A stretch of 64,000 nucleotides of DNA from the human T2T-CHM13v2.0 reference genome, Homo sapiens (GCF_009914755.1 NC_060928.1), one strand, 5' to 3'. Shown: positions 38,501-55,832, numbered from the stretch's first letter. Translations and numbers: made by a program. Notes: generated by a model not told the origin, from the sequence alone.

Positions 38501-39564
38501 CTGCTCCTTTGTGGCTTCCGGTAAACTTCCACCCAAATATTGCTCAGATGCATGCAGATCCCTGCAGGCGCCATGGTTCTCTTTCCCCCTGGCCTTTGCA
38601 CTTCCTGTGCTTCCTGCACTTATCTGAGGAGTGTCCCTGAGTATGAAGGAAGAGTACCTCCTCTAGGTTTCCAGAGTGTTGCTCACTCTGCATCTGAGTC
38701 TCTGTCTGTCTGCTGCCTCTGCCACCAGACCTTAAGTTCTGCCAGGGTAAGGACCCATGCACACTGCTGGCTTCTGCATCCCTAGTGCCTGACCCAGGTT
38801 CAGGCACACGATAAGCAACCCTTCCCTCGATATATATCTTCGCATCAAGATAAATAGCATCTATTTGAAAAGCTATAAATCTCTGGTCCATCAGGAACTA
38901 ATGGTGGAATCTTCCCATCAAAGTCAATCGCAGGCAAACTAAAGGTGAAATAAAGGTCTCAGCAAAAAGGAAATTTTTCCTCCCAAGATGATCTTAGGAG
39001 GCCTTGTCTTTCATTCTTTAGTGTTTCTGCCAGAAAATCAATTGTTAAATTATTCATTGAGTCAGATCAGGTCATTTTGAAAGTAATCTTCAGAGTGAGT
39101 GAATCTTTATCAAAGTTGACACTATTCCTGATATCTGAACAGATTAGTTTTATAATTTAATACTTAATCTGTCCACAAAACACAATGAGAAAAAAATGCT
39201 GCAGTAACCTGGGTATTGAAGGACTCGCCTTCTTGATTGTTTTTATTCTCTTTTTACCTTATCAGGTGAATAAAACTTGAAAGTAATAAAAAGAGACTCA
39301 TAAAACAATGCTCATTTTGATTTACACTTCTAACCCCTTAATTATCAGCAGCTTAACTGTCTCTCCTGATTTCCATCTGACTTCAGGCTGAGCGACAGGG
39401 TGCACTCATTGACTCAGAGACACTGGCAGGGGTCATAGAGGTTATCCGTATCTATAAGTCAGACCAGGTGAGTTCAAAGTCACCAAGGTGAAGCTGCATG
39501 CATGGGTTCTGCTCTTGACTCCTTAGTTTGTGGCCTTGGAGAGGCACCCCCTCTCAGAACTTCC

Positions 39565-39830
39565 TTTTCTTTCTTTCTTTTTTTTAAATTTAACAGAAGC
39601 AGGGTCTCCCTATGTTGCCCTGGTCTCAAACTCCTGAGCTGGAGGAATTCTCCGGCCCCAGCCTCCTGAATTGTTGGGATTACAAGTGTGAGCCACTGCT
39701 CCCAACCTGAACTTCATTTACTTCAGTGGTAAAATAGGGATGAGAGTGTCTACTTTGCAGGGTTGTTGGGAGAATTGAATGAATGATGGATAAATGGCCC
39801 GTGAAACCAAGAAAATGCTCAATGAAGGTT
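39565..39830. mobile_element. FLAM (-, 39565-39708) inside a MIR
   Basis: Reverse monomer; MIR TACTTTGCAGGGTTGTTGGGAGAATTGAATGA. Confidence 0.75.
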
Positions 39831-39905
39831 AGCTTCTGCTCCAAAGGGATGCACAATCACTGTGCTTTCCTCTCTTCTACTCCTTATGCATTATCTTTGG
39901 CCTTA

Positions 39906-40390
<485 letters not shown>

Positions 40391-41560
40391 TCAAAGAGTG
40401 AGATTTTCTTCGCTAACACTTCCAGTGACTGGAATTTTGGAAAAAATTCAGCTTCACCTTTTACAAAGACCCCAGTTCTATTTACAAAGAGAACCTGACT
40501 CCACCATTCATCAAGCTGCAAAGCACTTAGCATTTTTGGTTGGCTAGGATTCACTTATATATCACCTTGTACCACAGGCCAGGATGACAGCTCTTCCATG
40601 TGGATTATCAGCAACATAAGGCCAGGGGCCGTGTCTGTCTACATCACTGTATCTCTTAGGACTGTGCCTGATACCTAGTAGGTGCTCAGAAATATAACTG
40701 CCAAATGAATGAATAAATATATCTCACCCATTCATGGAATCATAGTATTGAAACTGACTTGCTACTTAGGAGGATATGATCAATAGTTTTATATCCCCCA
40801 AAGCTTTCCGTAGCCCCAGGAATTTTCCATGTGCTAACCTGATGATGGCTGATAAAACTTCTATGTTTTGGGAGTTGTCTACATATAGAACAAAGTTCAC
40901 TTTGCTTTGCTGTACTTCACAGCTCGGCCTTGATTAGACAGTTAGAGGAGATTCAGGAGATTTTGTGCCAGGGAGAAAGCCAATTAAAGCCCAAATGGAA
41001 AGAAATTAATGGCCTGCAGTAATTCTGTGGTCTGAGGGCAAAGTCTCAAATCTCTCCCTACCTAAAGCCAGTGCTGGGTTTTCCAACCTTCTCAATGCTT
41101 TTGTAATGCATGTTTGTTGTTGTTGTTGTTAATGTTGAAATTCCTAGTGAAATAATGGCCAGACAACTGTTTATAGCCCTTACTTTAGTAAATGAGAAAA
41201 TCTGAAAAATGTCCTCCTTTGTGTTAATTTTACCAGATTTATACCTTGGCAAGTCACTGGGTGGAATTGGAACAGTTTGGGAATCAAATATATAGTAACT
41301 GGAACAACCCTATCATTATTACCAGTTTTAAATTACTGTGGCTGTTATCAGCTGAAATGCTGTAGGAAAATCTCAATTAATTGGACATGAGCCTTCTAGG
41401 AACTGCAAGTAATTTGATAAAACATAAAACGACAGAATAATATCATTTAACCAAGTTCCCGTAGGGGTCTATATCTATGCTGCATGCTCAGGACTCATTT
41501 GGTCTACATTTTGCATATTGCTATCACTAATACCTACCTACAGTATTAAAAATGAGAAGT

Positions 41561-41665
41561 GGCCAGGTGCTGTGGCTCATGGCGAGACCCTGTATCTATT
41601 AAAAAAAAAAAAAAAAGAAGAAGAAAAAGAAAGGATGAAAGAAAGAAAGAAAGAAAGAAAGAAAA
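41561..41665 (+). mobile_element. Collapsed Alu monomer with (GAAA)n tail
   Basis: GGCCAGGTGCTGTGGCTCATG joined to GCGAGACCCTGT then poly(A). Confidence 0.75.
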
Positions 41666-41927
41666 GTGGCTAGAGCCACTTTGAAACTAAAATTTTAATT
41701 TAATTCAAATGTTAATGTAAATTTAATTTATTAAACATTCCAGCTCTATAATATTTTGAGTCATGAATGCATTTTTATTATGACATAAACATCCAGAAAA
41801 GTACAGAGTATGATAAAGTACCAACAGAAATGAACACATTGTTAATTTTTTGATGTCTTTGTTTCAGACATTTTTAAAGAAGTAATGCGTTAAAGATAAA
41901 ATTGAATGGCTAGGCACTGTGGATCAC

Positions 41928-42255
<328 letters not shown>

Positions 42256-42260
42256 TCATC

Positions 42261-43010
42261 CATGTCTTTATAGTTTATTTATGAACAACATATAACATTC
42301 TTTGAATATTTAAACAAATTGCATTATACTATATATAATTATTAATATATTATTATCTATAGTATATGGCATTATACTATATATAATATAGTAATATATT
42401 AGAATATATTACGAATATAATAGTACTAATATAATTATATTATAATATAAAATTTTTTTTTTTTTTAGATGGAGTCTCGCCCTGTCCCCCAGGTTGGAGT
42501 GCAGTGGCGCTCTCTCAGCTGACCGCAACCTCCCTCTCCTGGGTTCAAGGGATTGTCCTGCTGCAGCCTCCCAAGTAGCTGGGATTACAGGAGCACACCA
42601 CCATGCCCGGCTAATTTTTTTGTATTTTCAGTAGAGATGGGGTTTCGCAATGGTGGCCAGGCTGGTCTCAAACTGCTGACCTCAGGTGATCTGCCTGCCT
42701 CAGCCTCCCAAACTGCTGGGATTACAGACCTCAGTCACCATGCCCAGCCTATAATATATAATTATGCTATTATTAGTATAATAACAAAATATATTATTAT
42801 ACTAATATAACATATTAGTAATATAATTACCAATAGAATAATATATTACATATAGTATAATGCCACATACTATAGATATTAATATATTATTAATATACTA
42901 TACTAATATACTATTAATATAAATATATCCTATATTATATATAATATAATGCCATTTGTTTACGTATTCAAAAAAGCTATATATTGCTCATAATAAACTA
43001 TAAAAACATG
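42261..43010. repeat. AT-rich inverted duplication (PATRR-like palindrome)
   Basis: 42261-42339 vs reverse complement of 42933-43010 about 86% identical; 42344-42390 vs reverse complement of 42842-42888 44/47 identical (manual alignments). Confidence 0.85.
42453..42749 (-). mobile_element. Alu between the palindrome arms
   Basis: Reverse dimer; TSD TATAATATA (42441-42449, 42750-42758). Confidence 0.92.
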
Positions 43011-43319
43011 AATATATAATATATTATAATATGTAAAATATAATATATAATGTAGCTTATAATTTTTATTATAAAATATAAATATAGAATATATACTATA
43101 TTATAATATTATGCTATATTATATGTAATACAAGTACATAACATAATAATATATATTATATTCTTAATTATATAATATATAGCATATGTTATATATATAA
43201 AATACTACATATATATACAAAACTCTGCAACTTGGCTTTTTTTCAGTTGTTATAATTTCGGGCCCTATATATATATATTTATCAAACCTCCCAGGTTTGA
43301 TATATAAGAACAAATGTCA

Positions 43320-43614
43320 GGCTGACACAGTGGCTCGCACCTGTAATCTCAGCACTTTGGGAGGCTGAGGCAGGAGGATTGCTTGAGCCCAGGAGTTCAA
43401 TACTAGCCTGGGCAACATAATGAAGCCCTGTCTCTACAGTAAATAAAACATTAGCTGGGTGTGGTGGTGCACACCCGTGGTTCCAGCTACTCAGGAGACT
43501 GAGGCAGGAGCATCCCTTGAGCCCAGGAGGTCCAGGAGGCAGTGAGCCATGATCCCATAATTATTCCCATCCTGGGTCACAGAGTGACACCTTGTCTCAA
43601 ACAAACAAACAAAA
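43320..43614 (+). mobile_element. AluJ-like
   Basis: Full dimer. Confidence 0.9.
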
Positions 43615-43890
43615 CCCCCAAATTTCATATATAAATAAATTTTATTCACTTTTAACCCCTCTAGACAGTTTCAAATTATAAATATGCCATGATGCATTTA
43701 TCTAGTGCCCTAAGGCTGATAAATTTGGACTGTTTCTAATTTTTTCCCATTAAAAACAATGCTGTAATGCACATCTTGGCATATTTTTTGGGGGGAATAT
43801 GCGTGAGAATTTCTCTATAGTCATTCATATTTCTTATGATTCCTGGTATGTTTGGGCTTGTTTTTACTTATTTAGCTTTTTTTTTATAGT

Positions 43891-44178
43891 TTTTTTTTTT
43901 TTTTTGAAACAGGGTCTCACTCTGTTGCCCAGGCTGGAGTGCAGTGGTGTGATCTTGGCTCACTGCAACCTCCCCTTCGGGTTCAAGCAATTCTCCTGCC
44001 TCAGCCTCCTGAGTAGCTGGGATTACAGGCATGTGCCACCATGACCGGCTAATTTTTGTATTTTCAGTAGAGTCAGGGTTTCACCATGTTGGCCAGGCTG
44101 GTCTCAAACTCCTAGCCTCATGTCATCTGCCTGCCTGGGCCTCCCAAAGTGTTGGGATTACAGGCGTGAGCCACTGCC
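43891..44178 (-). mobile_element. Alu
   Basis: Reverse dimer. Confidence 0.9.
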
Positions 44179-45275
44179 TATAATGTGTACCATGCTTTTT
44201 CTTTGCTTCTTCATCCACTCTTTCCTCTTCCCTTGTTTAGAAGTTAAACATTTGATTTATTTTCATTGGTGGTTAATTATTAGCATGCATGATTGCAGGT
44301 TTAGAGCTAATGAAAATCTCTATTATTTCCTCAAACAATACAAGGAACTTTGCATGCTTTTACTCCTAAAACCTCCTCCCATCTTCCGTAATATTGTTGG
44401 GCAATATTTTAGTTTCACTTACAAAATAAAAATAAATACTCCCAGTTGCTCTTCATTGTTGTTAGTTATCATAATTTTACAGCGAATATTGTTTAGATTT
44501 ATCAACTTTTTAATCCATTCCTGACTCATCATTGGCTTTTTGCGTTATACACCTTCCTTATAGGTTTGGTTTCTTACTTGCTGAGATATCATCTTTGTTA
44601 TTTCTCTTAATAAGGAATTGTTTGCAGTAAAATTCCCTAACCTTTTGTGTCTGAAATATCTCTTTCTGCTCACTCCTGCATAATGATTTGGCATGTATGC
44701 CTGATACTACCTCCCTCCTCTTGTCTCTATCGGCCCTGTAGGACTCCTAGTAAATATATGCTGAATCTGTTCCTTCTGTATGAACTGTTTCCTGACTGCT
44801 TTCATACTTTTCACCTCTTTATGAGCTGCATTTTGTGTGATTTCCTCAAATCTACCTTTTAGTTTATGAGTTACTTCTTTAGTGTATTGTATAATGTGTT
44901 CGTTGAAGTTTTATTTTTAATGACTCTCATTTTATTTCTAGCTCAGTTGAATTTTTTAAAAATTTCACAGTCCCCCCTAATCCCAGTTTTGTGTTTTATT
45001 CTTTCATTTTCTTTTGTTTCTTTCTTTCATGCATTTTATTCCTGTGTATTATTGCCTGCTTGAATATATGATTTTAAGGTCTCTTTGAGATGGCTTTATA
45101 TGTAAGTTCTTGGTTCTAAATTCTGTTGCATTTGCTGTGCATACTAATTTTCTCTTACAGCAGTTATTTACTTCATGAACTTAGTAATTTTTTTTTTACC
45201 ATGAGTTTATCTTTGCGGGCAGTGATTTTCTGTGAAATGCGTGTGCTTGTTCCAGACCTTATAGATCCAGACCAG

Positions 45276-45883
45276 TTTTTTTGTTTTGTTTTGTTGGGTT
45301 TTTGTTTTGTTTTGTTTTGTTTTTTGTTTTTGAGACAGAGTCTCACTCTTTTGCCCCAGCTGGAATGCAGTGGTGCTGTCACGGCTCACTGCAGCCTGGA
45401 CCTCTGGGCTCAAGCGATCTTCCTGCCTCTGCCTCCCAAAGTGCTGGGGTTACAAGTGGGAGCCACCCGCCTGACCAGCTTTATGTTTGTTTCTCGGAAT
45501 GGGTTCTTTTGACTGATTGGTAGCATGGATTAAGACCACAGGTTTGTGTATGATGCAGGTGGATGTTCTGCGTTCTTTCAAGTGATTCTCTTTTTTTTTT
45601 CTTGAGACAGGGTTTCACTGTGTCACCCAGGCTGGAGTGCAGTGGTGTGATCATAGCTCACTGCAGTCTCAACCTCCCAGACTTAAGTGATCCTCCTGCC
45701 TCAGCCTCCTGAGTAGCTGGGACAACCAGCATGAACTACCACGCTAGGTTCACTTTTTAAATTTTTAGTGGAGATGTGGTCTTACTATATTGCCCAGGCT
45801 GGTCTTGAACAACTGGACTTAAGCAATCCTGCCTCGGCCTCCTGAAGTGTTGGGATTACAGGCATGGGCCACCATGCCCAGCT
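45276..45883 (-). mobile_element. Two AluJ-like elements (45276-45478 monomer-sized; 45590-45883)
   Basis: Reverse Alu motifs; TSDs GACCAG(T/C)TTT and TGATTCTC. Confidence 0.85.
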
Positions 45884-46601
45884 TGATTCTCGTACTTTCT
45901 ATGGCCCTGGAAGATGGTCAACTTTCTTGCTGTGTTTCTGGCTAATAAAAGGACTTCTGTTGGCTGTTTCTTGGTGCTCAGATTTATGCTGGGGTGAGGG
46001 GGTGGTCAGTTCCAACTCCCCACCTCTCATAGGCTGAGAGGTTCTGAGCATTTGTTAATCATCAGTCTCTGCAGTATTTATCTAGCTCTAATACCCTCAT
46101 GGACTATTTCTTTTTAGCTCCTGCTCCCTGCCCTGAAGTCTGGGGGATATTCTTTTCTTATTTTCAGAATTGGCCAGGTATTTAAAAGCTGGGACAAAGG
46201 GTTTAAATTTTATCTAGCATTTCTATGTGATGAAAATGGAAGAGTCTCCCCATCTGCAAAATTAATTAGAAGTTCAGTAATCAGTGATTCCATTTTTTTG
46301 TATAGGACATTACTTGCCCCTTTTGAGCCTTGAGATCCTTAACTGTGTTTAGGAGTAATGTTAATATGTACCTAATAGGATTGTTGTGAAGATTAAAGAA
46401 AGCAGATAATGGAAATGTTACTTAGAGATCAGCTGGGGTCTTGCTACTCCCTTAATTTTAGATAAAATGTTCTTCAACCCCAGCCTTCATGCAGTGAGTG
46501 GGGAGGTGGTAGGGCTTACCTTCTGCTCATCTTGGGTTTGAGTTTCTGCATGTGGTGAATTAATTCTGTTTAAGTATTGCCTCTATGTCTTAAACATGCT
46601 G

Positions 46602-46915
<314 letters not shown>

Positions 46916-46968
46916 ACACACATAACAACATGCTGGTCCTCTCCCATAATGTGTTTCCCCATGTGGGA

Positions 46969-47224
46969 ATTTTTTTCTTTTTTTTTTTTTTTTGAGACGG
47001 AGTCTCACTCTGTCACCCAAGCTGGAGTTCAGTGGCGCAATCTCGGTTCAGTAGCTGAGATTATAGGCATGAACCACCACACCCGACTAATTTTTGTATT
47101 TTCAGTAGAGACAGGGTTTCGCCATATTGGCCAGGCTAATCTCGAACTCCTGACCTCAGGTGATCCACCTGCCTCGGCCTCTCAAAGTGCTATGATTACA
47201 GGCATGAGCCACTGCACCCAGCCC
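46969..47224 (-). mobile_element. Alu with a right-arm deletion
   Basis: CTCGGTTCA joins GTAGCTGAG; TSD CCCATGTGG. Confidence 0.9.
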
Positions 47225-47744
47225 ATGTGGAAAAATTTTACAAAAAAAAAAAAAAAAAAAAAAAATCACCGAAACATAAGCCACCCTCATAGGGCTCTGT
47301 GCATTGTGTTACAGATAGAATGCAAGACGTTGTACTGAAAATTGAGGGATCCCTTGATCATTTCAGCACCTTGAGATCCATCCATCACCATATTGACTGA
47401 AACCCCCCACCCTACCTCCCATGTTTCCTCTCCTCTCTCCTCCTCATTCCTTCTCTCTCTGTTTACCCTAGAACTCCACATTCTTCTCATTTCATGAGGC
47501 AGAGTGGTTCGGCTTTCTCTAGCTTTGAGCACCAAATTTCCTTCTGCACTCACTTTTCGTAATTGAGCCAAGGTGCTCAGTGAACTTTCCAGATAAGAGA
47601 CTCCCTGTCCTTAGAAGGAAGTTGTCATTTTAAATAGCAAGTTTTTCATTCCTTTGTACGTAAAGCACAATAACTAGCACATAATAAACACTCAACAAAT
47701 ATTAGCTATTACGATATCACAATTTCCACTTTTAAAGACTGTGA

Positions 47745-48377
<633 letters not shown>

Positions 48378-48482
48378 AGAATTTAAATTATTTTGTATTT
48401 ACTTACATTCTTATTCCTTTACTAATGCATATGAATAAAGAAAATACAGATGGCTGCGTGCAAACAGTGTACGATAATATTA

Positions 48483-49575
<1,093 letters not shown>

Positions 49576-50159
49576 GTCTGATAATAACAAGTGTTGGCTA
49601 AGATGTGGAGCAATGGTGACTCCCATACACTGCTGGTGGGAGTGTTAATTAGCACAACCACTTTAGGTAACAGTTTGATATTATTTGGCAAAATAGAAGA
49701 AATGCCTGTCCTTCTAGAGAAATTCTTACTCATGTGCACCTGAAACTTGACAAAGTGGTCACACCAGCATGGATCAAAATAGCCCCAAAGAAGAATCAAC
49801 CCAAATGTCCAAAATAGTAGAATGGATAAATAAATTGTATATTATTCCTGCAATGGTTCCCATACAGCTAGAGTAATAACAAAATTTTACAGCTGCACAT
49901 GAAAACATGGATAAATCCTGCAATCAGAATATAAATAACAGAAGCAAGTCACAAAGGGACATCTAAATCATGAATTCTCTATAGAAAATGCAAAAACAGA
50001 TACAGTAGAACGAACGTATATTCACAGCCAGTCAGTTCTGTGTTCCTCTCTGTTTCTGTTCCTCTCTCCTGCCATCTTGAGATGACCTTGGAGTCAAGTT
50101 CATAATTTGCTAGTGCAGGGCTTCCTTTGAGTGGTGTATATGCTGTGTTCCTCTGGTTT

Positions 50160-50550
50160 CATTTGCTCATACATTCATTCAACAAGTACTGAGTACCAAC
50201 TCTGTATAGGGCACTGTTCTTAGAGCTGATGGCAAAACAAAAAGACAAAATTCTGCTTCTATCCTGGAGCTAACATTTTTTTGGGGGGCAGAGGGGTGGG
50301 TAGAGGATGAGGAGGAGACAGTAAACAAAATAAAAATGTAAATTATACATACACTAGATAGTGATAAGTACTGTGAGAAAAAATAAAGCCAGGAGAGGTT
50401 GTAATTATAAGTAGGGTGGCCAGGAAAGAACTCTTTGTGATGGCAATATCTAAGCAAAGATTTGAAGAAATGAGGAAGGTAGTTATGCCAGTATCTGGGG
50501 AAGTGCTTTCCAGATAGAGGGAACAGCAAGTGCAAGGGCCCGGAGGCACA
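50160..50550 (-). mobile_element. L2a 3' fragment
   Basis: CATTCATTCAACAAGTACTGAG..TTCCAGATAGAGGGAACAGCAAGTGCAAGGGCCCGGAGGC. Confidence 0.85.
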
Positions 50551-50990
50551 TCCTTATCTCACCTGAGCATTTCAGAATCTGAGGAACATCTACTCCAAAA
50601 ATCTCAAAATTTCCTTGCACTGTTACATGATTCTTGCCACAAATATGACTCATGCGATTTTTACAACCAAGGAGAAACCTATAATTTGTGAGCCAGCATG
50701 TGCGTGTAGGAATAATCTTGACATAAAGTAATAATAATTAAGTAAATAATAAAGTAATAAAGTAATAAAGTCACATTTGGTTACTTCATTAACTTATATC
50801 AGTTCCTTGGGGCTAGCAGGAGTTACCATACGGAGCACAAATGTGAGAATCTGGTTTAAATTGCAGCTTTGCTGCTCTGTGGACTTGAGCAATTTATTTA
50901 ATCTTTCTGAGTGCAGAAAGATAAAATGATATCCACCTTGAAGCACTGTGATGAGGATTGAGAGAAAATACAAGTTCAAGTCTTTGGTGA

Positions 50991-51483
<493 letters not shown>

Positions 51484-51806
51484 TAATATATACTACACAC
51501 AGACATTCATTCTTAGTGCTGCACTGCAACATAACCTATGTGTGTTGCGGTCTCTAACATCTCACACTCTATGTTTGTTCATGTCTTTGGTTAATACCTG
51601 TATCATTTTAGTCTACTAAGATTCAATTAATATCAATAAAAATAAAATAATAATAGTATAGTAAATTCATAATGTTTTATGCTTATATTACTTGTTTCCT
51701 GAGCGATCACAAAACTGTAATAACATTATTTTATGACTCATCTTTGCTAACTTGACTTTTATTCCCTTGAATGGATGTACATATTTACACTAAACTATCA
51801 TTCCTT

Positions 51807-52507
51807 GGCTGGGAGCGGTAGCTCACACCTGTACTCCCAGCACTTTGGCAGACTGAGGTGGGTGGATCACTTGAGGTCAGGAATTCAAGACCAGCCTGGC
51901 CAACGTGGTAAAACCCTGTCTCTACAAAAAATACAAAAATTAGCCGGGGTTGGTGGAGCATGCCTGTAGTCCCAGGTACTCTGGAGACTGAGGCAGGTGA
52001 ATTGCTTGAACCCAGGAGGCGGAGGTTGCAGTCAGTGAGCCGAGACTGCACCATTGCACTCCAGCTTGGGTGACAGAGTGAGACTGTCTCAAAATAAAAC
52101 AAATTAAAAATAAAATAAAATAAAATATCATTTCCTGTGTATGTGAAATTCAAATTTAACTGGGGCCAGGTGTGGTGGCTCATGCTTATAATCCTAGCAC
52201 TTTGGAAGGCCAAGGCAGAAAAATCACTTGAAGCCAGGAATTAGAGACCAGGTTGGGCAACACAGCAAATCCCTATTCTTAAAAAAAAAATTAAATAATA
52301 AAACTAGGCCATGTGTGGTGGCTCACGCCTGTAATCTCAAGCCTTTGGGAGTCAGAAGTAGGCAGGTCACTTGAGCTCAGGAGTTCAAGACCAGCCTGGG
52401 CTATATGATGAAACCCCATCTCTATAAAAAATTTTTAAAAATTAGTCAGGCATGGTGGCATCGCCTGTAGTCCCAGCTACTCAGGGGGCTGAGGTGGGAG
52501 GATCACT
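51807..52507 (+). mobile_element. Alu (51807-52125), left monomer (52164-52292), 3'-truncated AluJ (52307-52507)
   Basis: Plus-strand Alu motifs. Confidence 0.88.
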
Positions 52508-53351
52508 CCTGACCTCAAGGAAAGCATGTGGATGTCTGGGAGGGGGGGACAAACTTGGGTTGGGGGGACAGTAAACCAGAGAGACCAAGAATTCTAGTTT
52601 TTGGTAGCAGGAGGTTTGGAGCCCTTTAAAGGAAAGTTACTTCTGTTTTTTTTTTTTTTTGGTCAGTGTCTTCCTTGCGAATGAAATTGAATCTGTGAAG
52701 GTGATGTCAGATGAGAGATTGAACGATTCCGCGTGGCAGCTACAAGGTAGAGGTGGCATTCTGTGAACACTCAAGCTCTCCCTGACTTCCCCATCAGCCA
52801 AATAGAAGTCTGAGCTGACTGAGACATCCACATGTTTTCCTTCCGGGCAAAACAAAAGCTTTCACCATGTCTTTTCTACATCTCCCAGGGCCTCCACAAC
52901 TCCTGTGATCCAAGACCTTCTCGAAATGCCAAAGTTACCTATTGTTAAATATTTTCAAAGCAGTGTAGGCAGTCCTGCCAACCCCGTCCTGGCTGTCTCC
53001 AAGAGCCCTGGCCAACAGTGCCAAGGGTCCTTGCCAGTTTCCTGGAGAAGGGGGGTGTTACAGTTAAGTGGGGAGGGATCTTAAAGGGCCACAGCCAATA
53101 TTAGGGCTTCAGGCTGCCACATCTTCTGTCATTAGTGGGGACAGTTGGTGTCTCCTCCCTTTGTTCCTCACCCAAGCAGTTATTGTCTCCCTGTCTGATA
53201 GATGCAGTCTGGGAGGAGCTTCTGCCAGCTCACCTCTAGATAAGAGTGTGGAAAACACAGCCTTTGCTTCTTCCTGGGGACACTGTCTTGACCCTTGAGC
53301 TGGAAAGAAGAGGCTGGTCCCAGGGAGGGAATGGGCCATGTCTCAGTCAAC

Positions 53352-53365
53352 TTTTCTTTCTTTCC

Positions 53366-53424
<59 letters not shown>

Positions 53425-53456
53425 TTTCTTTCTTCTTTCTTTCTTTCCTTCCTTCC

Positions 53457-53524
<68 letters not shown>

Positions 53525-53536
53525 TTTCTTTCTTTC
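53352..53536 (+). repeat. Compound (TTTC)n microsatellite
   Basis: Direct read, two long pure blocks. Confidence 0.95.
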
Positions 53537-53648
53537 TATAATTTCTCTAGAAGAAACTCAGTTGACTTCTTTCTTGCCTGCTGGACCACAGAGAGGTGGA
53601 CATTTGTAAGGGAGGAGAGGAGGGAAGACAGCCACTAAAAGCAGGCAC

Positions 53649-54244
<596 letters not shown>

Positions 54245-55474
54245 GCATTTATTTTTGTAAATGCACATCTCTGGACCTAAAAATGCTTATCCATGTGACC
54301 TTTGAAACCATCTCAATAATAGCTTAAACTTATTGAGTGTTTTGGGCCCTGAACTATTTCCAAGCCCTTCATGGTATGAATTTATTTATTCCTCACTGAG
54401 AGGAGGGGAGGAGGAGGAGAATAATGCTACTGACTTCAACTACTGCTGTGTGAGGATTCTCTGGCTGGTATGTGGAAAGTGCTCAGAACCGTGTCTGATA
54501 GGAAGAAGATACATGCAAGCATTTGCTGTTAGTATTATCATTGCCATTTTACAGATGGCAAAATGCAGGCAAGTGTAGGGATACTGGCTTGCTTAAGGGC
54601 CCAAGATGGTGGAATCAAATCCAGACACTGAGTCCGGAGCCTAGACACTAATCCTTGGTGCTGTTCACCTTCCACACTATTGGAAACACTTCAACCCACC
54701 TAGAAGAAGTGCTGGCTGTTTGTCACCTGGATGCAAAGGGCTGGGGTGTGGTGCCTGCCTCTCTGACCAGTGAAGTTGGTGTGCAGTTTCTGTAGAGGAC
54801 TGGAGGATGGAGGAGTCCCGTGTCTACTCAGAAATGTCAGGAACTCACCTGCTAAGCTGCCCCATCCAGGGAGGATGCTGAACCTTTATCCATTCTGAAC
54901 AGAATCTTCAGAGGAAGGAGATGCTGTCTCTCTTCACTGTTCCTGCAATGCAGAACCAAACGTTCCGGCTTTGAACAAAGGCATTGACCATAAGTTACTG
55001 GCTTGAGTATTCTACATGCCTAGCCCTGGGGGAGGAGGGGTGGACTTGAATCCAGCCTGTTCTATAAGTGTGCAATGCCTAATGGTCCAAAAGATGTTGC
55101 AGATGAAATTTTTGATCTTTCTGAGAGTAATCTGTTTTTCACCACCCCAGTGGCCCTCATTTGCACACCAACATATTGATTTGGTAAATAAAACTGTTCC
55201 TTTTCTTCCATACAGCAGATCCCTAAAGGGTCTTAACCTGACCAATGGAGTCCAGTTGAAGTTACGATAGGGACCTGAAAGTGCCTCCTGCCTGCTGCAG
55301 AGAGTTGAGATTTAATCTATTAATTTAGACTTCCAAACAACCCCAGACAATGAACAGCTTATGCTGTGTGCATTTTTCAAACATTCAGAAAATGCTTTTG
55401 CTGTTAGAAACTTCTATCTTCTCTCCTCTGCCTTTTAAGGAGAGTACCAATTCTAAGGCTTTGTTTAGAACATG

Positions 55475-55768
55475 TTTTTTTGTTTGTTTTTGTTTCTGTT
55501 TTTTCCTTAAGCAACGGAATCTCACTCTGTTACCCAGGCTGGAGTGCAGTGGCACAATCACAGCTCACTGAAGCCTTAGACTCCTTGGGTTCAAGCGATC
55601 CCAGCCTCCTGAGTAGCCAGAACCATGCCTGGCTGATTTCTTAATTTTTTTAGAGATGGGGTCTCACTATGTTTCCCAGGCTGGTCTCCAACTCCTAGCC
55701 TCAAGCAATGCTCCCACCTCCATCTCCCAAAGTTCTGGGATTACGAGTGTGAGCCACTGTACCTGGCG
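55475..55768 (-). mobile_element. AluJ-like
   Basis: TSD TAGAACA(T/A)GTTT. Confidence 0.85.
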
Positions 55769-55814
55769 TAGAACAAGTTTCTAATACAGACTCATCTCAA
55801 CTTGTTGAAAAACA

Positions 55815-55832
55815 GTTGTTGTTGTTGTTGTT

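Noticed and set aside
53246-53638. Phe/Leu/Ser-rich or Lys/Glu/Arg-rich ORFs (also 16862-17363, 20124-20611, 31840-32164)
   Set aside because: Microsatellite translations.
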